The notes under the pieces were generated by a model that was not told the DNA's origin, did no database searches, and was given only the letters and a program-made list of their open reading frames with translations. From Candidatus Thorarchaeota archaeon (GTDB taxonomy: Archaea > Asgardarchaeota > Thorarchaeia > Thorarchaeales > Thorarchaeaceae), in NCBI GenBank assembly GCA_016840855.1, contig JAEORO010000015.1:1-41694 (forward strand): a DNA stretch of 41,694 bases, written 5' to 3'. Of this stretch, positions 37,777 through 41,694 are shown piece after piece; the stretch's first letter is position 1; each line of letters starts with the position of its first letter. The translations under genes and the position numbers were made by a program.

Positions 37777-37863
37777 GGGGACACAGGAGGAAAATTGAGA
37801 TTCGCATGGTTGCTTGAGGAGGAGAGAAATATTGGTATTTCAGGAGAGAACCTCCCGCGCCCC
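37777..37863 (-). ncRNA. Candidate small RNA copy C
   Basis: GGGG-CGCGGGAGG / CCUCCUGUG-U-CCCC stem with two G.U pairs; loop with UUCUCUCCUCC; TTTAAGTA box about 23 nt upstream. Confidence 0.5.
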
Positions 37864-38042
37864 ATATTGAAATTTTTTAAAATATCTACTTAAATATTGT
37901 GTTAAATACAAATAAATTTGGATAAATTCAGATAATCACAATGATCTACCACGTATCAGAAAATACAATGAATTTGAAATATCTTCTCCGGATAACGAGT
38001 TTCTCCCTTCGATGACAAAGAAGATGATAGAAAATCAGGAAA

Positions 38043-38492
38043 CTACATCTGTGGTATCATGTTCATAACGATTGGCGCATAACCATGGGAAAAAACCTCG
38101 ACGACAAATGGATCACTTGCTTCTGCGACTTTGGTCCACGCACCATTATCCCGGCGATAATAAGCATATTGTGAAGAGCTACTACGAATCTCGATGATGG
38201 ACTTTGAAGGGATTTTATCAAGATCAGCAACTTCGAGCTTTCGATTACTTTTATGCTCATTATCTTCGGGTTTTGATAGAAAGACAGGAAATATACTACC
38301 AGCGTTGGGCAAGAGCAAAGCTACATGAGGCCGGTCAAGAGAGTTCCATCTCTTTGGAATAGGTGGATAACGGCATGTGAACGCACCTGTCGCAGAGCGA
38401 AGAACCAGATATGTACCCTCATCTATTGTCATCGAGTCAGTTACCTCTAGCGTGCTTTGCGAATGTTGGGATATTCCTGTACTGATTGTCAC
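38043..38492 (-). CDS. Hypothetical protein
   Basis: 149-aa ORF with TTATATA box about 25 nt upstream (possibly leaderless); no recognised motif. Confidence 0.6.
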   Translation of the reverse strand: MTISTGISQHSQSTLEVTDSMTIDEGTYLVLRSATGAFTCRYPPIPKRWNSLDRPHVALLLPNAGSIFPVFLSKPEDNEHKSNRKLEVADLDKIPSKSIIEIRSSSSQYAYYRRDNGAWTKVAEASDPFVVEVFSHGYAPIVMNMIPQM

Positions 38493-38718
38493 ATAGAATA
38501 TTTACCCGAAAATGTATATAACCTTCAGTTGAGCACCTATCAAATTTCATCTCCCTTAGAGATGAGATAGAGCTAAGCTAGACGCCATTTCAAAAGGATG
38601 ATCCTAAATAATACATTTGAATAATGCAAGGCGAAGAAACCTACTAGAATCAAAAATTGTGACAGGTCAATGATTTTTCTGGTTCCTTAACAATTGGCCA
38701 CGATGTTTGTATCTTATT

Positions 38719-39393
38719 TCATCCAAGAGCTGAGAGAACTGTTTCATAAACACCCTGCAATGATGAGAATACTCTAGATGCTCCTGCATCATATAGAACG
38801 TCAGCGGCAGTTTCACCAGTGCATACACCCCAGAACTCAATTCCAGCTCGTTTTGCCGCAGTAGCGTCAATAAGTGCATCACCAACGTATACAATCTCGC
38901 TTGGGAATACTCCTAAATCAGATGCAACTTTCAAAAGACCATCAGGATAGGGTTTTGGTTTTGGTGATTCGTGTCGAGTTTGAATTATATCAAAATTCTC
39001 TCTTAGTGGTATCTGTCTCATGATCATATCAAGAGCAGGTCTACCATTGTTAGTGAGGATTGCAAGCCCCAATCCTAAGTTTCGGAGTTTCATGACTATC
39101 TCTAGAGCCCCTTTGATTGGAGTTGCTGTTGCAGCAGCAAATCCTTCATGCCGACTTAGGATCTCATCAACCTCAGATTCCATTTGGTCCCATTCCTCTA
39201 TGGAGACCCCATTGTTCAAAAAATAATCTCTAGCCTTCCCAGTAGTACTGGATATTCCATCTGCAGGTTCTAAAAGCTCAAGAGGCAGGCCTTTGGTAAT
39301 GTAGTATTCCTTGGTATCTGTTCTCATATCCTCGAGAGGGAGCGTCAGATGGGTTATTGTACCATCCATATCAAACACCAAAGCTTTCAACAT
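38719..39393 (-). CDS. HAD-IA hydrolase (phosphoglycolate phosphatase-like)
   Basis: FDMDGT, ILTNN, KPKPYPD, YVGDALID. Confidence 0.9.
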   Translation of the reverse strand: MLKALVFDMDGTITHLTLPLEDMRTDTKEYYITKGLPLELLEPADGISSTTGKARDYFLNNGVSIEEWDQMESEVDEILSRHEGFAAATATPIKGALEIVMKLRNLGLGLAILTNNGRPALDMIMRQIPLRENFDIIQTRHESPKPKPYPDGLLKVASDLGVFPSEIVYVGDALIDATAAKRAGIEFWGVCTGETAADVLYDAGASRVFSSLQGVYETVLSALG

Positions 39394-39455
39394 GAGCAGT
39401 CTACCAGCTCGATTGCAAAAAGACCGCTACTTAAGGATACCCTTAACCTCATCGA

Positions 39456-40100
39456 CTATTCAAGATAGAGCGTTCTAATGAAGTTGCGAATTGTTGAGAC
39501 CACAAGAGGGAGTGTTCTCTGGTAGAAATGGTCTTCATTCTCTAATGATACACAATTACTTGGATCAATTTTGATTGCTTCTGCTATTTCTCGTAGGTCA
39601 TCAAAGGGAATCATTTGATCAGACACTCCATGGAATAGGAGTACCGGACAATCAATGTTGGAGAGTTGTTCAACATTAAATCCACTTTCTGAAATAATCG
39701 CTCTTGACGCACTAAGTGAAATAAGAAAAGGAGGAGGTTTAATCAAAGCAGATCTCAATGCAGTAGATGCACCAAAAGAGTAACCGACTATTCCAACATC
39801 ATTGACCTTGATGTACGATTCAAGGAATTTGATTGCATTTAGAGTGTCCATTACTGCGCTCTTAATTCCGGAATATCCTTGAGGTGATGATGAAGTACCT
39901 CGGAAGTTAAATCGGAGTGTGGCAAAGTTCAGCTCACAAAAAACTTGTTCTAGTTTTATTACCACGTGGTTTTCCATGTCCCCCCCATAGAGTGGATGTG
40001 GATGCAACAAGACGACCCCTGTTTTGTTCATAGACCCTTTGTGTGTAATTATTCCATGAAGCTTGAAACCCTCAGAGAAGAATTCTACATGCTCAGACAT
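39456..40100 (-). CDS. Alpha/beta hydrolase
   Basis: HPHPLYGG, RFNFRG, GYSFG nucleophile, HGVSD, DHFY. Confidence 0.9.
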   Translation of the reverse strand: MSEHVEFFSEGFKLHGIITHKGSMNKTGVVLLHPHPLYGGDMENHVVIKLEQVFCELNFATLRFNFRGTSSSPQGYSGIKSAVMDTLNAIKFLESYIKVNDVGIVGYSFGASTALRSALIKPPPFLISLSASRAIISESGFNVEQLSNIDCPVLLFHGVSDQMIPFDDLREIAEAIKIDPSNCVSLENEDHFYQRTLPLVVSTIRNFIRTLYLE

Positions 40101-40108
40101 CAGACAAT

Positions 40109-40627
40109 TCACTCATTTTTAGAAGGCTTGAAAACCAAAGCTTTGGTACAAGACCTGTTCATATCTGCTGGTCTCACAATTTCCATTTTGACTCCTGGAG
40201 CTATCGTTTCCCCTATTGTGCTGACGTATGGCCAACACGCAGACTCACAGTAAAGCTTGCCCTTCTTTTTGAATTCCTCATATTGAGGGCAATACGGATG
40301 GTCAGTAACTGCTCGGTTTTCACCGTCCCATGTCACATCCAACTTTGAGCCCATAATATGACCAATTAGAATCCAGGCATCGACTGCATCTCTAAGTGTT
40401 TCACCTAATCCTAGTTGATTTTTGATTGTCGCTGCATCCTGCTCTCCAAGATGTTGAAATATCTCAGACGTGGTTTCAAGTCCTTCTGCGCCAAATCTTC
40501 TTTCCAAGACATAAGACATTTCGGTTATCAGACGGAATAAGTTACTTCGGAGCTCGTTAACCTTGTTTCCAGATGGAATAATACCTTTCACAGCCATGGT
40601 TTTTAGTAAACCCATTTCAAATTTCAA
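40109..40627 (-). CDS. ATC-hydrolase / V4R-like Cys-containing protein
   Basis: ERRFGAE, CPQYE, CESAC, SC pattern. Confidence 0.6.
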   Translation of the reverse strand: MKFEMGLLKTMAVKGIIPSGNKVNELRSNLFRLITEMSYVLERRFGAEGLETTSEIFQHLGEQDAATIKNQLGLGETLRDAVDAWILIGHIMGSKLDVTWDGENRAVTDHPYCPQYEEFKKKGKLYCESACWPYVSTIGETIAPGVKMEIVRPADMNRSCTKALVFKPSKNE

Positions 40628-40739
40628 CTCCTTGAGATTTTTCTTTTAAGACAAAAATCATGTAAATTAGTTTTATCCCTAATTACTTGAGCTGTAGGGA
40701 AATTACCATATAGGCAAAAGGTACAATAGTTTCATAATC

Positions 40740-41694
40740 ATGGGCAATGTAGCTGAGATTGATATGTCTGATATGTATAGTATTGTGAAAGAATTCCCGA
40801 ATCTTCTGGCACAATTCAAGATAGATTCTGAAATCCAAGAAGGTTGTATTCGGCTAGGAGATGAAGGCATCAATGGTATTATAATCATAGGAATGGGTGG
40901 AAGTGCCATCGCAGGGCGTTATGTTCAAGAAATCACAAGAAATTCCGCATCAGTTCCACTTTTAGTGATTCAGGAATATTTACTTCCAGCATATATTGAT
41001 TCAAGTTGGGCTGCACTTGTAATTAGCTATAGTGGAAATACAGAAGAAACCTTGACTGCATATGATCAGGCAATAAAACGTGGTTGTCCCACCTTCACAA
41101 TAACCTCTGGGGGAGAGCTCCATACAAAAGGAAACAGCTTAAGGGAAATCCATCTTAAAGGAGGATATCAACCAAGGGCAGCGTTTCCAATTATTTTTCC
41201 GCCAGTGTTGAATCTTGTTGAATGTCTTTTGGGATTGAAACCGACAGACCTGACCAATATTGCAAATTCGCTTTTAGGGAAGATATCAGAATGGGAAAAA
41301 TCGTCAGTAGCGCCTAAGGTTTTTGCTCAAGACCTGTTCGGAAATGTACCAGTTTTCATTGGGTCTAGACACTTAGTTCCTGTAGCTTATAGAGCAAAAT
41401 GCCAGATGAACGAAAATGCCAAGACTATGGCATTCTACTCAGTGATACCAGAAGCAAATCATAACGAGATAGAGAGTTTCATTGCTAAAAATGATTTCCA
41501 GATGCTACCAGTGTTCCTTAGAAGCAAATTCGAGGATGAAAGAATCAAAAAGAGGATTGACATCACGACAACCCTATATGAGGAGGAAGGATATTCACCA
41601 GTTCGTCTCAGTATTAATAGCTCAAGCGAATTGGAGGAAATGCTGGCTCATACTCTATTCCTAGATCTTGTTTCGGTAGAGCTTGCTCAAATTC
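40740..41694 (+). CDS. Bifunctional phosphoglucose/phosphomannose isomerase (3'-truncated by window edge; absent from ORF track)
   Basis: Own translation from ATG 40740: GMGGSAIAG, ISYSGNTEET, ITSGG, QPRAA, QMNENAK, PEANHNEIE. Confidence 0.9.
   Translation, partial: MGNVAEIDMSDMYSIVKEFPNLLAQFKIDSEIQEGCIRLGDEGINGIIIIGMGGSAIAGRYVQEITRNSASVPLLVIQEYLLPAYIDSSWAALVISYSGNTEETLTAYDQAIKRGCPTFTITSGGELHTKGNSLREIHLKGGYQPRAAFPIIFPPVLNLVECLLGLKPTDLTNIANSLLGKISEWEKSSVAPKVFAQDLFGNVPVFIGSRHLVPVAYRAKCQMNENAKTMAFYSVIPEANHNEIESFIAKNDFQMLPVFLRSKFEDERIKKRIDITTTLYEEEGYSPVRLSINSSSELEEMLAHTLFLDLVSVELAQI

Noticed and set aside
35262-37863. CRISPR array or IS/MITE interpretation of the three elements
   Set aside because: No regular repeat-spacer period, no identical terminal repeats or target duplications, no transposase; G.U asymmetry and TATA boxes favour RNA genes

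Overview
Archaeal chromosomal window, most likely from an Asgard archaeon of the Thorarchaeia type. This is inferred from a Snf7/ESCRT-III gene, an archaeal histone, GGAGGTGA ribosome-binding sites, TATA-type promoters, tungsten AOR and a PGI/PMI-type isomerase. It carries about 40 CDS, mostly metabolic or housekeeping (CutA, MBL hydrolase, AOR plus Fe-S subunit, IlvE, GdhA, Prs-like, Udp, SurE, ThrC, CaCA antiporter, SerB-like, two IMPase/FBPase paralogs, Mrp/NBP35, FKBP, HADs). I saw no rRNA, tRNA, CRISPR array or transposase. Four observations stand out: (1) two tandem DapA-like aldolase/formaldehyde-activating enzyme (Fae) fusions whose Fae halves have decayed in complementary regions; (2) three dispersed, TATA-preceded candidate small RNAs with a GC clamp stem and CU-rich loop; (3) an A9 slippery site with hairpins joining a ChlI-like AAA+ ORF to a membrane-anchored VWA ORF in the -1 frame; (4) a ~125-nt multi-stem leader RNA that can sequester the SD of an AIR-synthase-like gene. 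All family calls come from motif recognition by eye; no searches were run.
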